Assembly (NCBI GenBank): GCA_024400495.1
Contig: JAKSMR010000003.1
Coordinates: 5,862 to 69,861, forward strand
Reading direction: 5' to 3'
Length of the DNA stretch: 64,000 nucleotides
Source: Bacteroidales bacterium
GTDB lineage: Bacteria > Bacteroidota > Bacteroidia > Bacteroidales > P3
Shown: positions 28,049 to 36,237 of the stretch, piece by piece
Numbering within the stretch: the stretch's first letter is position 1
How the letters are laid out: each line of letters starts with the position of its first letter
The notes under the pieces: generated by a model
Databases searched by the model: none
Seen by the model: only the letters and a program-made list of their open reading frames with translations
Told to the model about the DNA's origin: nothing
Made by a program: the position numbers and the translations under genes

Positions 28049-29176
28049 CTATACCCTCGTCATCAAAGTAGGCATAATGCCGGATTTCCATTCGGTATAA
28101 TCGCCGGCAATGATATGCTCTCTGGCTGTGGTTACAAGCCACAGATAGAACTGGAGGTTGTGGATGCTGGCTATCTGAAGTCCGAGCAACTCTTCGGCTT
28201 TGATGAGATGATGAAGATAGGCATAAGTATATCCATCTTCCATCTGTTTGCCTCCTATGGTGATAGGCTCGAAACAACGCTCCCATTTCTTGTTCTTGAT
28301 GTTGATGGTACCATGGTCCGTAAAAAGCATGCCGTTACGACCATTGCGAGTAGGCATCACACAGTCGAACATATCAACGCCACGTTCTATATTCTCCAAG
28401 ATATTAGCGGGAGTTCCAACACCCATCAGATAACGAGGTTTTGAAGTCGGAAGTATTGCATTCACAACCTCAACCATCTCATACATCACCTCTGTGGGTT
28501 CGCCAACAGCAAGACCTCCGATAGCATAGCCGACAGCATCTTTCTCTGCCGTATATTCGGCGCTGATCTTGCGCAATTCAGCATACTTACACCCTTGCAC
28601 GATAGGGAAGAGAGCCTGGTTGTATCCATAAAGAGGTTCTGTCTCGTTGAATCGTTTCCAACAACGATCCTGCCAACGATGGGTTAACTCCATGGATTTC
28701 TTAGCATAACGGAAATCGCTATCTCCAGGTGCACATTCATCAAAAGCCATCATGATATCCGCGCCGATGACACGTTCTGTATCCATCACATTCTCAGGGG
28801 TGAACAAATGCCGGCTTCCATCTATGTGACTTTGGAATTTGCAACCCTCCTCGGTTATCTTTCGGCTGTCGGCAAGAGAAAAGACCTGGAATCCGCCGCT
28901 ATCGGTAAGAATGGGGCGATCCCATCCATTGAATTTATGCAATCCACCTGCTGTACGAAGAATTTCCAATCCGGGACGAAGATAAAGGTGATAGGTATTG
29001 CCCAAGATGATCTTGGCTTGGATGTCTTCTTTGAGTTCGTGCATATGAACGGCTTTCACGCTTCCTACGGTACCAACGGGCATGAATATAGGGGTAGGAA
29101 TGTCGCCATGATCTGTATGAAGGACGCCAGCACGGGCTTGTGATTTGGAATCGGTAGTGAGGAGGTCGAAATGCAT
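28049..29176 (-). CDS. tgt: Queuine tRNA-ribosyltransferase
   Basis: 375 aa. ARAGVLHTDHGDIPTPIFMPVGT, ILTDSGGFQVFSL, LMGVGTP, and a zinc-site region. Confidence 0.95.
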   Translation of the reverse strand: MHFDLLTTDSKSQARAGVLHTDHGDIPTPIFMPVGTVGSVKAVHMHELKEDIQAKIILGNTYHLYLRPGLEILRTAGGLHKFNGWDRPILTDSGGFQVFSLADSRKITEEGCKFQSHIDGSRHLFTPENVMDTERVIGADIMMAFDECAPGDSDFRYAKKSMELTHRWQDRCWKRFNETEPLYGYNQALFPIVQGCKYAELRKISAEYTAEKDAVGYAIGGLAVGEPTEVMYEMVEVVNAILPTSKPRYLMGVGTPANILENIERGVDMFDCVMPTRNGRNGMLFTDHGTINIKNKKWERCFEPITIGGKQMEDGYTYAYLHHLIKAEELLGLQIASIHNLQFYLWLVTTAREHIIAGDYTEWKSGIMPTLMTRV

Positions 29177-29261
29177 TGTTAATAACTAGTTAGTAAATTC
29201 GGTGCAAAGATACGCTTTTTTTAGGAAATATTACTTATTTTTGCAAAGTCAAAAACTCTTG

Positions 29262-30464
29262 ATGATGGATTTCTCTAGCCTCCTAATCGACACATATACA
29301 TTGATTTTGTTGATAATATTAGCCGTATCCGCATTGTTTTTAATGCTGTATTATGGCCTGGTTTATCTTCGTGTAGCCATATATAAAAACGCAAAAGTAC
29401 CCAAAAGCGACCAGCTTTCGGACAGAGATTTGCCCTTTGTGTCTGTCGTTTTGGTTGCCCATAACGACGAGAATTTCCTTCGCGAAAACCTCGTCTACCT
29501 GCTCGAGCAGGACTATCCTAACTTCGAGGTTGTGGTGGTTGACTACCTCTCCCGTGGTGTTAACGACGAGACCGACAAGCCAAGCGAGACCCAGTTCATC
29601 CTTCGCTTATGCAAGGAGAATTACCCCCACTTGAAGATTGTCAACTTCCCGAGTGATGTTAACATGCACCAAGGCAAGAAATACCCACTCTCTATCGGCA
29701 TCAAGTCTGCCAAGGGAGACGTTATCCTTCTGACCGACCCGGATAGCGTTCCCAAAGATCCCGATTTCAGATGGATAAGAAGCATGATGGCCGGCTATAT
29801 TCCCGGGACCAAGATCGTCTTAGGATACAATGGCGTGAAAAAAGAGAAAGGCCTGCTTAACAGCATGGTGCAGTACGAGAACCTCTGTTCGGCAGCTTCT
29901 ATGATCAGCATGACGATAATGGGGCACCCTTATACCGGAGTGGGGAAGAACCTCTCGTATCGTCGCGACTTTTTCTTCGACAAGGGTGCTTTTATCAGTC
30001 ACTATACCGAACCCTATGGTGCCGACGATATGTTTGTGAACCAGAATGCAGACAAGTCAAATACCAGCCTAGTGCTTGAACCTTCATCTTTTACGGAGAT
30101 GCAGGCTCCCCAGACCCCGAAGCAATGGCGCCAGATGAGAAAGGAGCGTTTTGCAACAAAGAAATACTACTCTTTCAAAGAAAAAGCAACCCTTTCGATG
30201 CATGGAGTTTTTGCCCTTATGTTCTATGTGTCGTTGGTGCTTTTGTGGATGAACAACTACACTTCTCTGTATTGGAACATCGCCTTGGGAGCATCTTTGC
30301 TGATAAAATTTACGTGGCAGATAATTGCCTTCTCGCGCCTATCCAAGCGCTTTTCGGTGCCCTCGGTCCACTTTTTTGCCCCATTTTATGAAATTTATTT
30401 TTTAGTTTCAAATACTATTTTTTATATTTCTTCGTTAATTAGTATAAAAAAGAGAATAAGATAA
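29262..30464 (+). CDS. Membrane-bound family 2 glycosyltransferase
   Basis: N-terminal TM helix. VSVVLVAHNDENFLRENLVYLLEQDYPNFEVVVVD and LLTDPDS (DxD-like). C-terminal TM helices. Confidence 0.8.
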   Translation: MMDFSSLLIDTYTLILLIILAVSALFLMLYYGLVYLRVAIYKNAKVPKSDQLSDRDLPFVSVVLVAHNDENFLRENLVYLLEQDYPNFEVVVVDYLSRGVNDETDKPSETQFILRLCKENYPHLKIVNFPSDVNMHQGKKYPLSIGIKSAKGDVILLTDPDSVPKDPDFRWIRSMMAGYIPGTKIVLGYNGVKKEKGLLNSMVQYENLCSAASMISMTIMGHPYTGVGKNLSYRRDFFFDKGAFISHYTEPYGADDMFVNQNADKSNTSLVLEPSSFTEMQAPQTPKQWRQMRKERFATKKYYSFKEKATLSMHGVFALMFYVSLVLLWMNNYTSLYWNIALGASLLIKFTWQIIAFSRLSKRFSVPSVHFFAPFYEIYFLVSNTIFYISSLISIKKRIR

Positions 30465-30468
30465 GCAC

Positions 30469-31089
30469 ATGGAAGTTGTCCCCAATAACGCATCAGCCGA
30501 GAATCTTCCCGCCGACTACCAATTGGTTTGCCGCGCGAAGGATTTTGGCGACGAGCGTGCATTTGCAGCACTAATGCATATGTATCGCGAGCCTATCTAT
30601 CTGATGCTGTTGAAGATGACCAACAATCCTAGCGAGGCTGACGACCTTACTATCGAGGCCTTCAGCAAAGCTTTCAACTCGTTGGATCGTTATGTGCCTT
30701 CCAACTCATTCTGCACCTGGCTCTTCTCTATCGCGGCCAACCATTGTATCGACCACATAAGGAAGAAACGCATGCAGACCGTTTCGCTCGACGAGATCAC
30801 GACTGTGAACCCCGAAGGCGAACAAAGTTATACCGTGCAGTTGCCTTCTGATATAGGAAATCCCGAAGAGGCTTTCATCACAGAGCAACGTCGACAGATA
30901 TTGAGAGAGATCGTCAGCCAGCTGAAGCCACGCTACCGCAGGATGGTGGAGTTGCGTTTCTTCGAAGAACTGTCGTACGAAGAGATTGCCGAACGCCTAA
31001 ATATGCCTCTCGGAACAGTCAAGGCACAGCTCTTCCGCACGAGAGACCTGTTAGTTAACATATTGAAAAACCGCAAAGACCTCTTGTAA
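30469..31089 (+). CDS. ECF-type sigma-70 family RNA polymerase sigma factor
   Basis: Region 2 is FCTWLFSIAANHCIDHIRKKR. Region 4 is RMVELRFFEELSYEEIAERLNMPLGTVKAQLFR. Confidence 0.85.
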   Translation: MEVVPNNASAENLPADYQLVCRAKDFGDERAFAALMHMYREPIYLMLLKMTNNPSEADDLTIEAFSKAFNSLDRYVPSNSFCTWLFSIAANHCIDHIRKKRMQTVSLDEITTVNPEGEQSYTVQLPSDIGNPEEAFITEQRRQILREIVSQLKPRYRRMVELRFFEELSYEEIAERLNMPLGTVKAQLFRTRDLLVNILKNRKDLL

Positions 31090-31114
31090 TAGAGGATTAA
31101 TATATTGAATAATA

Positions 31115-32068
31115 ATGAACGATAAAGATAGAGACCGAAGTAGTGATGGTGCTGGACCGGCGGCAGACGACGGCGGACCTAGTTGTTGCAAGTCACACTT
31201 AGTCTTATTATATATATTATTCATATTTATTGGTTCCCCAATCGGAACGTTGTCGGCCCAAACGGGGTCCGGTCTTTCTTTTTCCCTCGACGCCGGCGTT
31301 CTTCGAGCAAACAACAGCACGGCCAACTTCTATAACGGAGTCCCACAAAACGCCAACACCATCAACCGAATCCTTCACAGCCAGGCTTATGGACAAGAAA
31401 TATGGCAGAATCTGAAGAACCAAGGACTGATAACCGACGCCGTCGGCAACTATAGCCAGCTCAACGTTGTGGAATATGGCGATATGCAATACAAAATCGC
31501 CTTCCAGCTGGGTATGGGATTCAGATACGAATACAACGGCGGTTGGGCATGGCTGATGCATTTCGATTACGCCAAGCTGAATACCGTAGGAGCCTTCAAC
31601 CTCAGTCGAGACAACAATACCGGGATCATATCGGGCAAACGTTATGTCACCTGCGATATTGCCGGAGAAGAAACCCGCGTCAATATTGATCTGGGAATAG
31701 CCAAGCGCTTCTATCTCCCTTCCGGCAAATTCATCGGGCTGGAGATGGGGGGGAGCCTCAACAACACCAAGGTGATCAGCAACGACATCCGCATTGCTGG
31801 CGGAACCTATAGCATCCTTGATGTGTGGAACGGAGAATCGCCATCGGCCTATAGCGCCGCCTACGAATATATCAACCAAGGCGGCTTGGGCTACGGAGCC
31901 TTTGCCAACATCTGCTGGGGATTTTCCCTACCCAACGGAAGTGCGGCTTCGGTAGGCTACACGTTTTACTATAACAGGATTAACCTCGACAGATATTCAA
32001 CCCTAGCAGCCCAACATCTCTTTTCGTTGAAGTTCGACATCACGGGCTTTGGATTCTTCGACGATTGA
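31115..32068 (+). CDS. Hypothetical membrane-anchored or secreted beta-rich protein
   Basis: Hydrophobic segment LVLLYILFIFIGSPIGTLSAQ, then alternating beta-strand-like sequence. No recognisable family. Confidence 0.5.
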   Translation: MNDKDRDRSSDGAGPAADDGGPSCCKSHLVLLYILFIFIGSPIGTLSAQTGSGLSFSLDAGVLRANNSTANFYNGVPQNANTINRILHSQAYGQEIWQNLKNQGLITDAVGNYSQLNVVEYGDMQYKIAFQLGMGFRYEYNGGWAWLMHFDYAKLNTVGAFNLSRDNNTGIISGKRYVTCDIAGEETRVNIDLGIAKRFYLPSGKFIGLEMGGSLNNTKVISNDIRIAGGTYSILDVWNGESPSAYSAAYEYINQGGLGYGAFANICWGFSLPNGSAASVGYTFYYNRINLDRYSTLAAQHLFSLKFDITGFGFFDD

Positions 32069-32114
32069 ACATATAAATAATATAGAATATAAACAAAGAA
32101 AAATATTAACACAA

Positions 32115-32642
32115 ATGATACAATTTACCGAACTGTCCGAATCCGGACACTCCCATTTTGCCAAGGACCTCTTCGAATCGGCATTCCCCGAAGAAGAGCG
32201 TCCTCCATTCGCGGCCGTGCGTGACCGCGAGCAGTCTAATTTCCATTTCCTCGTGGCCACTATCAACGACGACGAGCCTGTGGGCATTCTCACTTTCTGG
32301 ACCTTTGAAGAATTTGCATACATCGAACATTTCGCCATCGATGAGGAATATCGCAACCTCGGCTTTGGGAAAGCCTGCATTCTGGAATTCATGAACCAGT
32401 ATCCCGACCAGGTCGTTCTGGAAATCGAACTTCCTAATACCGAACAAGCTGAGCATCGCCTGGAGTTCTACTCCGACTTAGGCTTCGAACAGAACCCTCT
32501 TCCTTATACGCAACCGTCCTACTATAAGAACGAATTGGCCGTTCCGATGCTCATTCTTTCTAAGTATGAGCTTGATGATGAGGAGTTTGCAGAGGTTGTG
32601 AACGTTTTATACAAAGAAGTTTATCATTTTTCGCAAAAATAA
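32115..32642 (+). CDS. GNAT-family N-acetyltransferase
   Basis: IEHFAIDEEYRNLGFGKACI acetyl-CoA binding motif (Q/RxxGxG/A). Confidence 0.75.
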   Translation: MIQFTELSESGHSHFAKDLFESAFPEEERPPFAAVRDREQSNFHFLVATINDDEPVGILTFWTFEEFAYIEHFAIDEEYRNLGFGKACILEFMNQYPDQVVLEIELPNTEQAEHRLEFYSDLGFEQNPLPYTQPSYYKNELAVPMLILSKYELDDEEFAEVVNVLYKEVYHFSQK

Positions 32643-32794
32643 GCTCTTTTTCTTTAAAAATTATCAGAATTTATCGAGTTTTTAAAAGAAAAATAGAAAA
32701 ATTTTTCTTCTTGCAAAACGCAATAAATAAGAGAGTTAAGAGAAAAGGAAGAAAGCTGGATAAAAATAAATTTTGTCAGTTTGAAAAATATGTG

Positions 32795-32802
32795 TACTTT
32801 TG
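32795..32802 (+). promoter_or_regulatory. -7 box TACTTTTG upstream of tRNA-Arg
   Basis: TAnnTTTG match 37 nt upstream of the tRNA 5' end. Confidence 0.5.
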
Positions 32803-32838
32803 CAACCCGAAAGACAAAGAGATAGAGTCTTACACGAT

Positions 32839-32912
32839 GGCTCCTTAGCTCAACTGAATAGAGCATTTGACTACGGATCAAAAGGTTGCAGGTTTGAGTC
32901 CTGCAGGAGTCA
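32839..32912 (+). tRNA. tRNA-Arg (anticodon ACG)
   Basis: Manual cloverleaf fold. Acceptor GGCTCCT/AGGAGTC, D stem GCTC/GAGC, anticodon stem TTTGA/TCAAA with loop CTACGGA, T arm GCAGG-TTTGAGT-CCTGC. 74 nt, CCA not encoded. Confidence 0.9.
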
Positions 32913-32914
32913 CA

Positions 32915-32950
32915 AAAGCTTCAGAAAATCCTTCTGGAGCTTTTTCTTTC
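32915..32950 (+). terminator. Terminator after tRNA-Arg
   Basis: AAAGCTTCAGAA / TTCTGGAGCTTT stem followed by TTCTTTC. Confidence 0.65.
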
Positions 32951-32997
32951 ATGCGACTAAAAAACACAACAGAGTCTTTGATGCATAAAGATACTTC

Positions 32998-33061
32998 TAA
33001 GCGTCGCACTAATGTCGCACTATTGTCGCATCACTCTCGCGATTTCACGACAGTACTAGCC
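32998..33061. repeat. 11-bp-register micro-array C (GTCGCA at 33003, 33014, 33025)
   Basis: Units CACTAATGTCG / CACTATTGTCG / CATCACTCTCG / CGATTTCACGA read directly. Same unit family as arrays A and B. Confidence 0.65.
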
Positions 33062-33124
33062 GTCTAGACCGAAGTTACAAACCAACAAGACTGAACAAAG
33101 AACGATCCAAAACCCCAACAACCG

Positions 33125-33511
33125 ATGATCACAAAGAATGTAGTAGCAGCAGTTATCCAGGACAAGAATGGGCGTTTCTTCTGCACCCAACGAGGCTATG
33201 GGGAGTTCAAAGGCTATTGGGAATTTCCTGGAGGCAAGATAGAAGAAGGCGAGACTCCCGAAGATGCTTTGGTGAGAGAAATAAGAGAAGAGCTGGACTC
33301 TGAGGTCGAAGTCGGCAAACTGATCCACACCATAGAATGGGATTATCCAACATTCCACCTTTCGATGCGTTGTTATCTTTGCAAGGTGGTTTCTGGGGAT
33401 TTGTGCCTAAAAGAACATCTATCAGCCCTATGGCTCTCGGCAGACGAACTGGAGACAATCGAATGGCTTCCCGCCGATCTCGAGTTGATCCCCATCCTTA
33501 AGACAGTATAA
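33125..33511 (+). CDS. mutT: MutT-type Nudix hydrolase (8-oxo-dGTP diphosphatase-like)
   Basis: 128 aa. Intact Nudix box GGKIEEGETPEDALVREIREELD. Confidence 0.8.
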   Translation: MITKNVVAAVIQDKNGRFFCTQRGYGEFKGYWEFPGGKIEEGETPEDALVREIREELDSEVEVGKLIHTIEWDYPTFHLSMRCYLCKVVSGDLCLKEHLSALWLSADELETIEWLPADLELIPILKTV

Positions 33512-33521
33512 ACAACTGATT

Positions 33522-34061
33522 ATGACCGACAAACTTACACCCAAGCAACGGCACAAATGCATGTCGCACATTCGTGCCAAGAACACCAAGCCCGAAGTCT
33601 TGGTGCGCAAATGGTTGTGGAAAGACGGCTTTCGTTATCGGTTGTATGTGAAAGGATTACCCGGAAGCCCCGACATCGTAATAAGGAAATATAAGATTGC
33701 TATCTTTATTAACGGGTGCTTTTGGCACGGACACGACGTCTCGTCCCCATCGGGCGAACCCGAAGACATTATCAGCAGCACTTGCTGCAAAATCCCAAAG
33801 ACCAGAACCGATTTCTGGACGGCCAAAATAGCCCGAAACCGCCAACGCGACGCCATGAACTACTATCGGCTCAAGCAGATGGGATGGACGGTTCTCGTCG
33901 TTTGGGAATGTTGGCTGAAAGGCAAAGAGCAAAGAGAACAGACTCTCAAAGCGCTGTCATACAGAATAAACAGCCTGATTATAGATTCCTACAAAGGGCC
34001 GTACCAGATCGAAGAGGACAACATACAGGAAGCCGCCGAGGAATCAGAGCAATACCTCTGA
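33522..34061 (+). CDS. vsr: Very-short-patch repair endonuclease
   Basis: MSHIRAKNTKPEVLVRKWL...GLPGSPDIVI...IFINGCFWHGH...TDFWTAKIARNRQRD, with an extra ~14-aa insert after HGH. Confidence 0.88.
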   Translation: MTDKLTPKQRHKCMSHIRAKNTKPEVLVRKWLWKDGFRYRLYVKGLPGSPDIVIRKYKIAIFINGCFWHGHDVSSPSGEPEDIISSTCCKIPKTRTDFWTAKIARNRQRDAMNYYRLKQMGWTVLVVWECWLKGKEQREQTLKALSYRINSLIIDSYKGPYQIEEDNIQEAAEESEQYL

Positions 34062-34141
34062 TTGTCCTTCGACAAACCCCAATCTGCGCTATAACAAATC
34101 CTATAGTAGCGCTTATTTTTTTATATTTAAATATTTTTATG

Positions 34142-34149
34142 TATCTTTG
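34142..34149 (+). promoter_or_regulatory. -7 box TATCTTTG upstream of the HD membrane protein gene
   Basis: TAnnTTTG match. It overlaps the tracked alternative start at 34147, which favours the ATG at 34168. Confidence 0.5.
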
Positions 34150-34167
34150 CAGTTTCAAATAGCATCC

Positions 34168-36225
34168 ATGAAAAAACTGTTCAATAACATAATAACACAC
34201 CTGTCGTTAATATATAAGATTGTGGCAATGGTGGTTACATCGGTACTTATCCTACTGATGTTTCCCCACACAGATCGGGCCACACATTACAATTATTCGG
34301 TAGGAAGCTTCTGGAACGACGACGATCTCTATGCCCCCTACGATTTTGCCGTGCAAAAAAGCGAAAACGAGGTGGAGCAGGAAGAACAAAATATCCGTCA
34401 ACAGTCTTTATTGTTCTATTCTATCGACTCGTCCGCCCACTCCAATGCATCCAAGCGACTGGACAACAGCACACTCGGTTGGCAAGAAAAGAAGCAGGCA
34501 CGCTATGTTCTGGACGCCATCTATCGCATCGGCTACATCGAGCAACCCGCAGATGTGAATGATTTTGCAAACCACACGATCGTAGTCCTCTCCGGAACAG
34601 TTGGGGCCGAACACATCGGTTCCGATTATATTACGCCCAATAGGGTAGAGGAGTATGTTGTGCGTTATGGCTGGGGAACACACAACGACGCCGATATTGA
34701 AAGCCGAGCCGAGCTGCTTAGAAGAGAGATATTGGTTCCCTCGATATGCTACGACCCGATACGAACCCAACTTGAACTGGATTCACGTCTGAGCCAGATA
34801 AAATACGACAGCCGCATGGTGCAGATGGGCGAGCTGATTGTAGCAAAGGGAGAATATATCAGCGAAGAGAAAGGACAGATACTGGCTTCTCTCGAGAATG
34901 AGAACAACACACGTTTTGCGTCTCACTACAATGCCACAAACCATTATATCGGCCAGTTCCTACTTTGTATCATCGCTTTCGTGGCCTTGTACATGTTCCT
35001 CAAGATTGTGAAGCACCACATCCTCGACGACGACAGGAAGATTACTTTCGTCCTGTTCTCCATCCTGATGATGGCTGGTTTTGTGGCGCTCATCGAACGC
35101 ATCAACCCCGACTTGGTTCTGCTTGCCCCGGTCTGCATGATTCCCATCTTGATGCGCGTATTCTTCGACATGAGGGTGGCTTTATACATCGAGCTGACAA
35201 CGGTAATCATTCTCGGAAACCTGGTACCCAATAGCTTTGAGTTTATCTTCTACCAGCTCGTTACCGGAATGATGAGTATCGTAACAGTTAAAGGGTTTGA
35301 GAGACGAAGCAACTTCTTCATTGTCTCAATCGCTATATTTGTCACCTACTCGGTCATATATACCGCAGGTATGCTCTCGCAGGACACCAATCTTCACGGA
35401 CTTGACATCCAGCGCTACTTGATATTCTTCTTCAACGCACTACTCACTCTACTTTCTTATCCTCTCATCTACATCTTCGAAAAGGTTTTTGGGATGACCA
35501 CAGCCCTGACCTTGCTGGAGATTTCATCAACCAACACACCTGCCTTACGCGAACTTTCCCGTCGTGCTCCCGGAACATTCCAACATTGCATGCAAGTGGC
35601 CAATATTAGCGAAGATGTCATCAACGAAATTGGCGGCAATGCCCTCTTGGCTCGTGTCGGCGCGCTCTATCATGATATAGGTAAGATCAAGGCGCCTCTA
35701 TACTTTACCGAAAACCAAAACACAGGACTCAATCCTCACAACAAACTCGACTACGAGGAGAGCGCACAAATCATCACCCAACACGTGCGCGATGGTATAG
35801 AACTGGCAAAACAGTATCGTCTTCCCAACGAAGTGACCGATTTCATCCGCACACACCACGGAACCACACGAACCGGATACTTCTATACGATGTGGCTTAA
35901 CAGCCACCCGGGAATGACTCCCGACCCGACTGTATTCCAGTATGCCGGACCAGCTCCTTTCTCACGAGAGACAGCCGTAGTCATGCTGGTGGATAGCGTC
36001 GAAGCTGCCACCCATAGCCTAAAAGAACCTACTCGCGAGAACATCCAAAAGATGGTCAACAATATTATTGACTCAAAGATAAGCGACAAGCAGCTAAACT
36101 ATTGCAATATCACATTCGGGGATATCACACGAATCAGAGAACTGTTGGCTGAGAAAATGGCCAATATCTATCACGTTCGCGTTGAGTACCCGACAGTAAA
36201 AGGACAACCCGACACAGCAAAATAA
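34168..36225 (+). CDS. 7TM-HD membrane phosphohydrolase (PgpH/YqfF family, HDIG domain)
   Basis: Large extracytoplasmic N-domain, seven hydrophobic helices, then HCMQVANI...ALYHDIGK...RTHHGT (HD/HDIG). Confidence 0.85.
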   Translation: MKKLFNNIITHLSLIYKIVAMVVTSVLILLMFPHTDRATHYNYSVGSFWNDDDLYAPYDFAVQKSENEVEQEEQNIRQQSLLFYSIDSSAHSNASKRLDNSTLGWQEKKQARYVLDAIYRIGYIEQPADVNDFANHTIVVLSGTVGAEHIGSDYITPNRVEEYVVRYGWGTHNDADIESRAELLRREILVPSICYDPIRTQLELDSRLSQIKYDSRMVQMGELIVAKGEYISEEKGQILASLENENNTRFASHYNATNHYIGQFLLCIIAFVALYMFLKIVKHHILDDDRKITFVLFSILMMAGFVALIERINPDLVLLAPVCMIPILMRVFFDMRVALYIELTTVIILGNLVPNSFEFIFYQLVTGMMSIVTVKGFERRSNFFIVSIAIFVTYSVIYTAGMLSQDTNLHGLDIQRYLIFFFNALLTLLSYPLIYIFEKVFGMTTALTLLEISSTNTPALRELSRRAPGTFQHCMQVANISEDVINEIGGNALLARVGALYHDIGKIKAPLYFTENQNTGLNPHNKLDYEESAQIITQHVRDGIELAKQYRLPNEVTDFIRTHHGTTRTGYFYTMWLNSHPGMTPDPTVFQYAGPAPFSRETAVVMLVDSVEAATHSLKEPTRENIQKMVNNIIDSKISDKQLNYCNITFGDITRIRELLAEKMANIYHVRVEYPTVKGQPDTAK

Positions 36226-36237
36226 AGACACCATCAT

